DNA from: Minisyncoccota bacterium
Lineage (GTDB): Bacteria; Patescibacteriota; Minisyncoccia; Phycocordibacterales; UBA5272
Reading direction: 5' to 3'
DNA length: 64,000 bases
Assembly (NCBI GenBank): GCA_041651055.1
Contig: JBAZJW010000001.1
Span: 472,506-536,505 of the forward strand
This document shows, one piece after another, positions 1-9,171 of this stretch. The notes beneath the pieces are model-generated. The model had not been told where the DNA came from. It worked only from the letters and a program-made list of their open reading frames with translations, and did not search any database. Position 1 is the first letter of the stretch, and each line of letters begins with the position of its first letter. The position numbers were made by a program, and so were the translations under genes.

Positions 1-69
1 CTTCCCTGTCGACACTAAAAGCCTTATCGTGAAGATGAGAATGAATGTCGAAAAACGCGTACTGCATAG

Positions 70-1515
70 TTATGGAAGACGATTAAAGAGTGGCTTCTCT
101 GGCATTGTACTGGAATGAATGCACTCGAGAATTTTGGCAGACGTTTTTGGAATAAATGAAGAAAGGTTTTCTGCAATTGTTTCTAACGAAATCAAACAAT
201 GCTCTATCATTTCTCTTCCTTTCTGAGCGTCTACCTTAACCACTTTAAATGGTTCATTCGTTGCGATATATTCATCAAGCATTCCAATCTCTTTCATAAT
301 ATCTTTAATTGCTGCGTTCGTATCGAAGTTGTGTATCTCTTTTCGGCTTCTAGCTTCTAGCTTCTCGCTTCGTACTTCATTTGCCGTGGCCATTTTCATG
401 ACACGACTCGTAAGGTTCCCAATACCATTTGCAAGATATGCTGTGTATGCCGTCTTAATAGATTCGATCGTAATATCGCCGTCTTCAAATGAAGGCACTT
501 CGTGGAGCAAAATAAAACGCAGCACATCTTCTGGACAATCAGTCACATCTTTAAACATTTCAAGAATATCAAATGGATTAATTACATTTCCAATAGACTT
601 ACTCATTTTCTGTCCACCGGAAATAATAAAACCATCGATAATAATATTCGTTGTATTTGGAATATCTGCTGCAAGCAGCATTGCCTGCCAAATAGCAGAC
701 TGTTGGCGAAGATTATCTTTTCCACAATACTGAATCACTTCACGAGATTCTCCTTGTGCCCAATATGTCTCAAAGTCTTTAGACTCTGGCCAATTTAATG
801 TAGAGATATATGAAGTGAGCGCGTCAAACCACACATACATCACATGATCATCATCCCCTGGCACGGGCACACCCCATGGCATTTTTTCTTTAAGACGTGA
901 AATAGAAAAATCTTCAAGACCTCTATCAAGAAAAGCTTTGATTTCATTGAAACGAAAATCTGGGATTACAAGTGATGGATTCTTTTCATAGAGCTCACGC
1001 AGTTTTCCTTCTAGTTTTGAGAATGCAAAGAAATAATTTTCTTCTTTAATAACCTCAATGGCACGGTTTGGATGAAGCAGGCACAGTCCGTGCTCTAGTT
1101 CACTGTCTGTTTTATATAATTCACAACCAACACAATACTTTGCCTCATATTCTTTTTTGTAAATATATCCATTTGCATCACATCTCTTCCACATCTCTTG
1201 CGCAGCTTTGATATGCTTCTCTTCTGACGTACGAATGAAATGTATCTCTGGGGAGATACCGAGCTTTGGATATAATTCCTTAAATCGCGCAGCGTTTCTA
1301 TCTACATATTCTTGTACTTCTATTCCTTCTTTTTCCGCTGCTTCCAAAATCTTCGTACCGTGTTCATCTGTTCCTGTATTAAAAAATACATCATACCCAA
1401 GCGATTTCTTGTATCGTGCGATTACGTCGGCACGAACAAATTCAAGAGCATGACCTAAGTGAGGCTCAGCGTTTACATACGGAAGTGTGGTGGTGATATA
1501 GAATGGTTTGTTCAT
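70..1515 (-). CDS. metG: Methionyl-tRNA synthetase (class I aaRS, minimal form)
   Basis: HIGH-type motif PYVNAEPHLGHA near the N-terminus. KMSKS motif present (GGQKMSKSIGN). Confidence 0.9.
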   Translation of the reverse strand: MNKPFYITTTLPYVNAEPHLGHALEFVRADVIARYKKSLGYDVFFNTGTDEHGTKILEAAEKEGIEVQEYVDRNAARFKELYPKLGISPEIHFIRTSEEKHIKAAQEMWKRCDANGYIYKKEYEAKYCVGCELYKTDSELEHGLCLLHPNRAIEVIKEENYFFAFSKLEGKLRELYEKNPSLVIPDFRFNEIKAFLDRGLEDFSISRLKEKMPWGVPVPGDDDHVMYVWFDALTSYISTLNWPESKDFETYWAQGESREVIQYCGKDNLRQQSAIWQAMLLAADIPNTTNIIIDGFIISGGQKMSKSIGNVINPFDILEMFKDVTDCPEDVLRFILLHEVPSFEDGDITIESIKTAYTAYLANGIGNLTSRVMKMATANEVRSEKLEARSRKEIHNFDTNAAIKDIMKEIGMLDEYIATNEPFKVVKVDAQKGREMIEHCLISLETIAENLSSFIPKTSAKILECIHSSTMPEKPLFNRLP

Positions 1516-1527
1516 ACGAAGTAAATA

Positions 1528-2577
1528 TTATAGTTGTGGCGGATTCTTTCGCTTTTGTAAATCAGATGCGAGCTCCATGAAAATAGAGGCGACAGGAACG
1601 GAGAGGAGAACCCCCCACATACCAGCTAACTTCGCCCCAACAACAAGTGCAATAATAACAACCACCGACGGCACACCGACAAGTTTGTTCATAACACGCG
1701 GATAGAGCACGTGACTTTCAAGCTGACTAATAACAATGTAAATAATAGCGATGATGGTAAGAAGAGAGGTCCCGCCATGGGTGTACGCCAAGAAAAGCGC
1801 TGGCACCATGGCAAAAGTAAGACCAACCATTGGAATTAATTCTCCTACAAAGGCAAGCACCGAGAGAAGTGCTGCGTACGGCATGTTAAGGATAAGGTTC
1901 GGAATATACACAAGAAGAGCGACAAAGAGTGAAAGCAATATTTGTCCCTGCATCCAAAGACCAATTTTCTTTTGAGCTCTCGTCCACAAATCTTCTACAT
2001 AACTTTCGTGCACTTTAGGAACGATAAGTCGTAAAAATTTCTGCACACCTCGCTCTTCAAGGGCGAGATAAAAAGCGAGAACAAACGTAAGCACAAGGTT
2101 TACTACTCCGTGAAGCACCACCGATGTCGTAGCAAAGAAACCACTTGAACCAAAGATAGCATTCTTTATTACACTCAATATTTGACCCTTTGAAATATCT
2201 TTTGAAAGATCTGCAATGGACAAAGAGAGATCTTTGAATCCCATATCACGACCAAAGATACGAACCGAGTCGAGTATTTGCGGAAGTGCTTGTACGAACC
2301 GAGCAAGATCATCTGCCAGTGGTGGTATAAAAATAAAAGCGACAGACGCGACAACTGCAATAAGAGAAAGGAAGATAAAAGAAACTGCAAGACCTCGTGG
2401 AAGGCCCCATCTGATTAACATTTTTACAGGGAGCTCTGCAGCTGATGCGAGCACGACCGAAACCATAAGTGCAATAATAAAATCACTCACGTATACCATT
2501 CCTGCAAAGACAGCAATCCACATAAGTGTTTTGATGATTGTGCCAGAAGCAATAGTGATTCTTGTCTCGTCTTTCAT
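1528..2577 (-). CDS. AI-2E family (PerM/UPF0118-like) membrane transporter
   Basis: 349 aa with multiple TM helices. Overall architecture typical of AI-2E transporters. Confidence 0.55.
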   Translation of the reverse strand: MKDETRITIASGTIIKTLMWIAVFAGMVYVSDFIIALMVSVVLASAAELPVKMLIRWGLPRGLAVSFIFLSLIAVVASVAFIFIPPLADDLARFVQALPQILDSVRIFGRDMGFKDLSLSIADLSKDISKGQILSVIKNAIFGSSGFFATTSVVLHGVVNLVLTFVLAFYLALEERGVQKFLRLIVPKVHESYVEDLWTRAQKKIGLWMQGQILLSLFVALLVYIPNLILNMPYAALLSVLAFVGELIPMVGLTFAMVPALFLAYTHGGTSLLTIIAIIYIVISQLESHVLYPRVMNKLVGVPSVVVIIALVVGAKLAGMWGVLLSVPVASIFMELASDLQKRKNPPQL

Positions 2578-2637
2578 ACTCGTATCCTATCATAAAATAA
2601 GTCGAAAGTCCGTAAAGTCTAAAGTCTATAAAGGAAA

Positions 2638-2670
2638 TACAGGGGCGTCGCCATAGGCGACGCCCCTGTA
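2638..2670. terminator. GC-rich perfect hairpin (15-bp arms) with flanking T/A tracts; copy 1 of a repeat
   Basis: tacaggggcgtcgcc-ata-ggcgacgcccctgta followed by ttttag. A related copy lies at 4642-4674. Confidence 0.6.
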
Positions 2671-2724
2671 TTTTAGAATTTCACTTTTAACCTTATGAAC
2701 TTTACAGACTTTATGGACTACGTT

Positions 2725-4611
2725 TTATTTATCCACCACAATAGAAGGATTATCTTTCCATATTTCCCCATTGATTTGCGTCGTGAGTGCTGGAATATTC
2801 ATTCGAACATGGGTCTTTGCAATCTCTTCATCCGCATCAAGCACAATACCAGAAGTGATAGATGGAATTTGATTCACATGACTTTGAGAAGGAAGTACAG
2901 AAAGACCAATGTCTATGCTTGTCATACTGCCAGCACCAATAGCGGAAGGTGTCCAGGTAACCGTTCGTGTTTTTGCATCATAAGACACTTTCGTAGAGTC
3001 ACTTGTTACGTTGCGCCATGTTACGTATGCAGGAAGAAGAAAGGAAACTTTCGCATTAACGAGCGCATTTTGTGCAGACACTGTCATATGTGCTGTGTAT
3101 GTCGTAGCAGTGTTTGGATGAGGAGGAATTGGGCCTGTATTTGGAAATGGAGAATTTTTATATGCAGTCTTGGCACTCAAACTCGCGCTTCCTTGAACAA
3201 TCCATGTCTTATCGAGAGCTGCAACAATGTCATTTTTTGATTGTAGTGTGGCGACCCCTGTCATTGTAAGAGTAAGTGCGGGGGAATTATTTCCACTAAG
3301 AACTATCGGTATAGTTACACGGAAAACACCCTCTTTATGAGCTTCAATAAGAGCGAGTTCAGGAACAGAAGCCTTGTCCCAGGAAATGGTTTTCTTAATT
3401 GAGTCATAGTATCCGCTCGTTGAATTAATTTGTTTATAGAGAGGAGCTTCTCCTTCTATCGCAAGTACAAACGATGTATCAAGAAGCGGGAGGTCGCTTG
3501 TATTTTTATACGTAATCAAAAGGGTCGTCTTATCTCCATAACGAAGTGAATTAATAACACCCCGTTCTGTGTCGAGTGCTATAGAAAACGTCAAAGGAGA
3601 AGATCGAAGGGCGATATCAAATGTTTGTGTCGCATATACAAATCCGATAATAGCAGCACCACTACCGGTAGAACCAAGCACGGCACGCAACGTTGTCACA
3701 TCTCCACTAGAGACAGATCCTGTAAGAGTGATGTTTCGTGACTCACCGGCTTCTAACGCAGGTATCGCCCAAACAGACCCACGAGCACTTGGTTTCGGAT
3801 TCATGTTTGCAAGTGTAAAGGTATTCGGAAGTGTAAGCTGCATAACACTTGGGAGTGAGGTTGTCGAGGTGTTATTTTTTACTGAAATAGTAAAGATGCC
3901 GCTCTGTCCAGAAGACAACGTCTGAGGGCCGTCAATATGAAGAGATATTGGAGGTGTTCTTAGTGCGACAGGCGTCACAAGAACTTTACTAAAAAGAGCA
4001 TTCTGACCCGCAACTTTATATTCAAGCTTAAGTGTAAGATCACGAACCTCGGATTCACTTCCATATACCGTCACATCAAAGAATTGCTGTTTATTTTCAC
4101 CTGCACCCAATGTGCCAATATCACGCTTCACCTGAACCTTCTCCTGTTCATCTTGCGCACCTGTCCCTTGTTTGTAGGTAAGCGTTACGGTTGAGGCTTC
4201 TATTGCTGCTGTATTACGATTGCGCACCGTAAATGTAAGAGGTGTGACCTCACCTCCTTCTACAGAAGAACTAATTTCTGCTGCCATGTCGATATTTATA
4301 CCCGAAACAATATTACGAGAAGAAAGAACACGCCATGCAGCAAAAGAAAGCGCAGCCAGAAGAAGAACAGAAGACACAAGGAGAAGCTTTGCTCCAAAAG
4401 AAAATCCTTCGTCTACTTTTTCTCCAACAATAACCGCATTCTGTTCTCCCCATGAAGCTGGGAGATCTCTCATCTTCGCATCACGAACACGATGTATTAT
4501 CACATCGTCCATTTTATTCTTTGGATCATTGAGTTCGTGCTCAACCATGTCGAGCGCACTATTTTCTTGTTCAGGTAAATCCATGTTCTTTAGTATACCA
4601 GTACAGTCCAT
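2725..4611 (-). CDS. Hypothetical large surface protein
   Basis: 628-aa ORF with a single TM near aa 77-97. Large extracytoplasmic region rich in T/S/G with internal repeats (DUF11/CARDB-like). Confidence 0.6.
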   Translation of the reverse strand: MDCTGILKNMDLPEQENSALDMVEHELNDPKNKMDDVIIHRVRDAKMRDLPASWGEQNAVIVGEKVDEGFSFGAKLLLVSSVLLLAALSFAAWRVLSSRNIVSGINIDMAAEISSSVEGGEVTPLTFTVRNRNTAAIEASTVTLTYKQGTGAQDEQEKVQVKRDIGTLGAGENKQQFFDVTVYGSESEVRDLTLKLEYKVAGQNALFSKVLVTPVALRTPPISLHIDGPQTLSSGQSGIFTISVKNNTSTTSLPSVMQLTLPNTFTLANMNPKPSARGSVWAIPALEAGESRNITLTGSVSSGDVTTLRAVLGSTGSGAAIIGFVYATQTFDIALRSSPLTFSIALDTERGVINSLRYGDKTTLLITYKNTSDLPLLDTSFVLAIEGEAPLYKQINSTSGYYDSIKKTISWDKASVPELALIEAHKEGVFRVTIPIVLSGNNSPALTLTMTGVATLQSKNDIVAALDKTWIVQGSASLSAKTAYKNSPFPNTGPIPPHPNTATTYTAHMTVSAQNALVNAKVSFLLPAYVTWRNVTSDSTKVSYDAKTRTVTWTPSAIGAGSMTSIDIGLSVLPSQSHVNQIPSITSGIVLDADEEIAKTHVRMNIPALTTQINGEIWKDNPSIVVDK

Positions 4612-4641
4612 AAAGTTCTTAAAGTAGAAAGTTCATAAAGT

Positions 4642-4674
4642 AATTCGGGGCGCCGCCTACGGCGGCGCCCCGAA
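4642..4674. terminator. GC-rich hairpin; copy 2 of the repeat at 2638-2670
   Basis: attcggggcgccgcc-tac-ggcggcgccccgaat followed by ttgg. The stem keeps pairing with different sequence than copy 1. The downstream ~45 bp (cacttttaac(c)ttatgaactttat...ggact) is shared with copy 1. Confidence 0.55.
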
Positions 4675-4752
4675 TTTGGAATCCCACTTTTAACTTTATG
4701 AACTTTATGGACTGTGTATACTTTACGAACTTTCGTAACTTTTTACTGTATG

Positions 4753-5307
4753 CTACAACTGTACTTCTTCAAGAACCGCAGTGACGTGAGCACGCACAGC
4801 ATCATGAGAAAGAAGGAGGTGTGTATACAAATCATCCACACTCCACGCAAGATATTCTTTCAAGGTTTCAGCACCAATCGCTTTCGCATCAGCGTAGCCA
4901 AGCTCTACGAGCACAATGTAATAGAGAAGGAGGCGGGACTTTTGAATATCGTACATAGGTGCGACGTCGAGAAATTGAATAAGTCTATCGTACAACGCTT
5001 CATGCGCACCCTCTCCACGAATGAATCTTTTAACAAGACCAATCACACTGTGTGCAATAAGAGGAATAGCTCGTTGCTCTTCTGCACCCACAAGTCGCCA
5101 GACATCTTTCCCTTGGACGAGGGTCACAAGACTCATGGTGCGAGGAAGAATGTGTGCACGGAGTTTGCTTTCTAATTTACGAACACTCTTGGCGTGTGCA
5201 GTAAGCATACCGAACTCACGCGTAAATAGTTTATACACACGATCATGTTCTCCTTGATCATAGGCTTCAATAACGAGGCACTTGGTGACGTATTTTTCTA
5301 TGGCCAT
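4753..5307 (-). CDS. recO: DNA repair protein RecO-like (short form)
   Basis: N-terminal OB-fold region resembles RecO. At 184 aa it lacks a recognisable C-terminal zinc module. Confidence 0.45.
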   Translation of the reverse strand: MAIEKYVTKCLVIEAYDQGEHDRVYKLFTREFGMLTAHAKSVRKLESKLRAHILPRTMSLVTLVQGKDVWRLVGAEEQRAIPLIAHSVIGLVKRFIRGEGAHEALYDRLIQFLDVAPMYDIQKSRLLLYYIVLVELGYADAKAIGAETLKEYLAWSVDDLYTHLLLSHDAVRAHVTAVLEEVQL

Positions 5308-5353
5308 GAGGGGTAGTATACAGTCGACAGTTTACAGCTAAGAGTAATACAGG

Positions 5354-5386
5354 GCAAAGAGCGGCCACTTCGTGGCCGCTCTTTGC
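5354..5386 (-). terminator. Hairpin just downstream of the ileS stop codon
   Basis: gcaaagagcggccac-ttcg-tggccgctctttgc abuts the ileS stop. Confidence 0.5.
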
Positions 5387-8300
5387 TATTTGATATCAAA
5401 TGACACCGTGCCGATTGAAGTTTCTGCAGTATACGAACCGTCCCCTTCAACAATTGAACCAACTCTACAGGTACCCATGAGAGTATCTTTGAATTGTTCT
5501 GGAATAGCGTAGCTCGTTACAAGCGTTACTAGATCTTTCGGTGTAAGGCCTTTTTCTTTTCGCGCATCTTGTACCGCGCGCATTAGATTACGAACGTCCC
5601 CTTCCTTTTGTAACTCTTCTGTAATAACAAGATCAAGCGCACATACGTCTGTGATAGTAGCGTCAAAGGCGAGCTCTTTCACATTGAGTTCATCCAAAAG
5701 AATCTGATGATACTCTAACGGAATCTCATTCTTAAGTGTTAGCTTTTGGAGTGGTTGACGAACGGCGATTTTCGCTTGTGTACGAAGGGAAAGAGCAGAG
5801 GTTACTACATCTCGTACGAGCTTCATTTCTTCTCGTACAGAGGCGTCAGATTCTGGCGCTTCTGGCCACACATCCAAATGCACTGATTCACGATCTCCTC
5901 CAATAGTCTGATACACACGTTCAGCGAGGAATGGCATAACCGGTGCAATGACTTTTGAAAATGTAAGTAGTACGTATGCCAATGTTTCCTGTGCATTCTT
6001 TTTATCATCTTCCCCTGTTTCACCTTTTAATCTATCTCGTGATCTACGTACATACCATACAGAAAGATCGTCAACGAGTGCTTCGATTGGCCGTGTCGCA
6101 TCATCGAGAATATAGTCGTCGTATCCTTTGGTCGTCGAGGCGACAACCTCATTCACACGAGAAAGAATCCATCTATCCAAAACATTTTTAGAATCGGCGT
6201 TTCCTTTCACCTCCTCTTCTTTATTCATCTCATATAGAGAAAGAACATTCTCAAGACGTGAAATAACTTTCTTGTACACATCTTCAACAAGTGAATCTCC
6301 GAAAAGAATATTTTCGCCTTTAACCACAGAACTAGAAAGAAGAGCATAACGCATTGCATCCGCTCCATACTTTTCTACAAGTTCGAGTGGGTCAGTGTAA
6401 TTCTTTTCACTCTTGGAAAGCTTTACTCCTGATTCTGCCATAACAAGACCGTTTACAATCACATGCTTATACGGTGCCTTGTCGAACAATCCGACACCCA
6501 GATTAATAAGTGAGTAAAACCATCCTCTCGTTTGATCCAAACCTTCAGCAATGAAATCTGCAGGATAATTTTTATCAAAGATTTCTTTATTCTCAAACGG
6601 ATAATGAACCGATGCAAAAGGCATTGACCCAGACTCAAACCAACAATCAAACACGTCCGGTATACGAGTGTAGATAACACCATCAACAGAAAGTTTTATT
6701 TCATCGATGTACGGACGATGAAGATTAATAGCACCTGTCTCATCTCGTGGCACAAATTTCACATCTAGTTTTGTGAAGGCTCCATTTTTAAGATACATAT
6801 GCGTGTGCTCGAGAGCTTCATCTGCAATTACCTCTTCCTCTGTTGCAAGATTTGATCCAGCAATAACCATTCGAAGTGGTCCACCATGAGTGACAAGAAG
6901 AATATTTTTACCTTCATTATTTTTTTCTTCATCATACACACATGCCATCATTCTGTTCATTATTTCTTCATGCGTCTCCCCTCCTTGTGGGCGATGATCA
7001 AAACGTAAGAAATCAAGTTTTCCGTTTACCTTAAGATAGTCTGCTATTTTCCACCCATCATAAATACCGAGATGATTTTCTGAAAGACGATTATCCACCA
7101 CTACATCCTTCACACCAAGAATATCCGCAATAATCTTGGCTGTTTCTTCCGAACGAATAAACGGTGACATAACAATACGATCAATGTGCATGTCTTTCAA
7201 TTTTTCAGCGCTAGCTCTGATTTGTTCTTTGCCTTTTTCGGTAAGGTGGTTATTTGGATCACCCACGGTATCTAGTATTTCGTCAACATTACTCTGTGCT
7301 TCACCATGACGAATAGCATAGAAATTATTTTTTGCGGCGTAGGCATTTTTCTCCGCAAGATCTTTTAGGGAGCCGATCATCACCGCATCACCATTTTCAT
7401 TTTTCCATACAGGAAGTGGCGCACCCCAATACCGTGTGCGCGATACCGCCCATTCACGAGCCCCCTCCAGCCATTTACCAAATCGCCCGTCACGTGTATG
7501 CGCTGGTGTCCATCCAATCTTCTGATTTTCGGAAATGAGCTTATCTTTTATCTTTGGCACATCTACGAACCAACTCGATGTCGCATAATTAAGAAGCGGT
7601 GTTTTACATCGCCAACAAAGTGGATACGAGTGAATGATTTTATGCTTCTCAAAAAGCAGACCATTATGTGCGAGATACTTTATGATTTCAATATCCGCTG
7701 ACTGCGTGTCATCTTTTACTTTCACTTTCATTCCTGCAAAATCAGTGACAGCCGGAATAAACGTGCCATCCATTTTCACATGCTTAATCACAGGAATATT
7801 GTTTGCCTTGGCAAGCTCCATATCTTCGGCACCGAAAGCTGGTGCTTCATGTGCGATACCCGTACCTGTGTCGAGTGTGATAAAATCTGCATGCCAGATT
7901 TTGAAAATGTTTTCTTTATGTTCGATGTCAGCATTTTGAAAATATGGGAATACTGGTTTGTATGATTTTCCAATTAAAGTTTCACCAGAAAAAGTATCAA
8001 TTACCTCATACTTCATTTCTTTTAATACATCTTCTTTTCTATCATTTGCAAGAATATACAACCCCTCCATATCTTCAATAGAAACTTTTATATAGAGAGC
8101 TTTTCTAGAAAGTGCAAGAGCAACGTTTCCTGGAAGTGTCCACGGTGTCGTTGTCCACGCAAGAACAAAAGTTCCTGGTTCATCTGTAAGTTCAAACTTT
8201 GCCGTCACAGAAAGATCTGTTACATCGTGATACTCAAGACCTACCTCTGATTGAGCAAGAGGTGTCTCACATCTCGGACAGATGTGCATCATTTTGTTTC

Positions 8301-8829
8301 CTTCATACGCTAGCCCTTTTTCATACAAGGTCTTCCATGCCCACCAAATACTTTCGGTGTATGTCGCATCCATTGTTTTGTATGGATGATCCATATCTAC
8401 GAAACGACCAAGACGTGGAATAACCTTTTTCCATTCTTCTTCATACTGAAGCACGCTCTCATACGCATCTTTATTAAACTTTCCAATACCAAATTCTTCA
8501 ATATCTTTTTTACTTGCGAGACCAAGTTTCTTTTCTATCAAGTTCTCAACAGGAAGGCCGTGGCAGTCCCATCCCCAAACACGACGAACACTTTTACCGT
8601 TCATTGTCTGATATCTGGGAATAGCATCTTTGATAGTGCCTGCCAAGATATGACCAAAGTGTGGAAGACCTGTCGCAAATGGTGGACCGTCATAAAATGA
8701 AAACGATTCTTTTTCTGCTTCCCCTTCCGGCGTTTCTATAGACTTTTCAAAAATCTTTTTGTCCTGCCAAAAAAGAAGCGTCTCTTGCTCCTTTTCATTT
8801 ATTGTTTTTGGGGTTGAGTTGTTGTTCAT
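5386..8829 (-). CDS. ileS: Isoleucyl-tRNA synthetase (type 2, eukaryote-like) with an inserted histidine-phosphatase (PGAM-like) domain
   Basis: HIGH-type motif PPFATGLPHFGH and KMSKS variant GVKLSKSEK. Editing-domain and WGAPLPVW / DCWFESGSMP blocks present. Residues ~493-700 are an in-frame insertion carrying the catalytic RHGE and LVTHGGPLR motifs. Confidence 0.9.
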   Translation of the reverse strand: MNNNSTPKTINEKEQETLLFWQDKKIFEKSIETPEGEAEKESFSFYDGPPFATGLPHFGHILAGTIKDAIPRYQTMNGKSVRRVWGWDCHGLPVENLIEKKLGLASKKDIEEFGIGKFNKDAYESVLQYEEEWKKVIPRLGRFVDMDHPYKTMDATYTESIWWAWKTLYEKGLAYEGNKMMHICPRCETPLAQSEVGLEYHDVTDLSVTAKFELTDEPGTFVLAWTTTPWTLPGNVALALSRKALYIKVSIEDMEGLYILANDRKEDVLKEMKYEVIDTFSGETLIGKSYKPVFPYFQNADIEHKENIFKIWHADFITLDTGTGIAHEAPAFGAEDMELAKANNIPVIKHVKMDGTFIPAVTDFAGMKVKVKDDTQSADIEIIKYLAHNGLLFEKHKIIHSYPLCWRCKTPLLNYATSSWFVDVPKIKDKLISENQKIGWTPAHTRDGRFGKWLEGAREWAVSRTRYWGAPLPVWKNENGDAVMIGSLKDLAEKNAYAAKNNFYAIRHGEAQSNVDEILDTVGDPNNHLTEKGKEQIRASAEKLKDMHIDRIVMSPFIRSEETAKIIADILGVKDVVVDNRLSENHLGIYDGWKIADYLKVNGKLDFLRFDHRPQGGETHEEIMNRMMACVYDEEKNNEGKNILLVTHGGPLRMVIAGSNLATEEEVIADEALEHTHMYLKNGAFTKLDVKFVPRDETGAINLHRPYIDEIKLSVDGVIYTRIPDVFDCWFESGSMPFASVHYPFENKEIFDKNYPADFIAEGLDQTRGWFYSLINLGVGLFDKAPYKHVIVNGLVMAESGVKLSKSEKNYTDPLELVEKYGADAMRYALLSSSVVKGENILFGDSLVEDVYKKVISRLENVLSLYEMNKEEEVKGNADSKNVLDRWILSRVNEVVASTTKGYDDYILDDATRPIEALVDDLSVWYVRRSRDRLKGETGEDDKKNAQETLAYVLLTFSKVIAPVMPFLAERVYQTIGGDRESVHLDVWPEAPESDASVREEMKLVRDVVTSALSLRTQAKIAVRQPLQKLTLKNEIPLEYHQILLDELNVKELAFDATITDVCALDLVITEELQKEGDVRNLMRAVQDARKEKGLTPKDLVTLVTSYAIPEQFKDTLMGTCRVGSIVEGDGSYTAETSIGTVSFDIK

Positions 8830-9171
8830 AATGATTAGATTGTGTTGATAGTATGACCCGCGATCTGCCGAGGTAAAAATAAAAATCGTCCTTGAGAAAC
8901 AACTTTTTACTGTTGTTTTTCAAGGACGATTTTTATACCGTGGTACCACCTTGTTTTTCCTTTGATTCCCTCTCGATATTGCTCGGGGTAAATCTCGGGA
9001 CTCATTTGTTGGGTTCTACTAGCTTTTCAGCGTTCTTCCCGAAGCTCTGGGGTGATTAGTCCCGTCGCTGCTTATGAGTTCATAATACATCAAAACCATA
9101 TAAACGTAAACAATCTTTCTGTGACCTGGCCTTTTTATTACTTAAGCCACGTAACAATATTGGAGCTATTT
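8830..9171 (-). promoter_or_regulatory. T-box-like riboswitch leader of ileS with terminator hairpin
   Basis: Minus-strand motif caaGGUGGUACCaCGG (8938-8950, one mismatch to the AGGGUGGNACCGCG consensus). A 23-bp perfect hairpin follows at 8881-8936, then a U-tract, about 45 nt before the ileS ATG. Candidate AUC specifier in cuaAUCAcc. Confidence 0.55.
8881..8936 (-). terminator. Intrinsic terminator/attenuator hairpin of the ileS leader
   Basis: aaaaatcgtccttgagaaacaac / gttgtttttcaaggacgattttt palindrome with a T-run on the minus strand. Confidence 0.65.

Noticed and set aside
329-798. Overlapping plus-strand ORFs (134 aa and 98 aa) inside metG
   Set aside because: Antisense to a well-supported conserved gene. 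Low-complexity, Cys- and Ser-rich translations typical of spurious frames.
2638-4722. IS element or composite transposon around the 628-aa gene
   Set aside because: No transposase. The flanking repeats are direct and consist of terminator-like hairpins rather than inverted terminal repeats.
7634-7973. Small ORFs on both strands inside ileS
   Set aside because: Embedded in the conserved ileS frame. No independent support.
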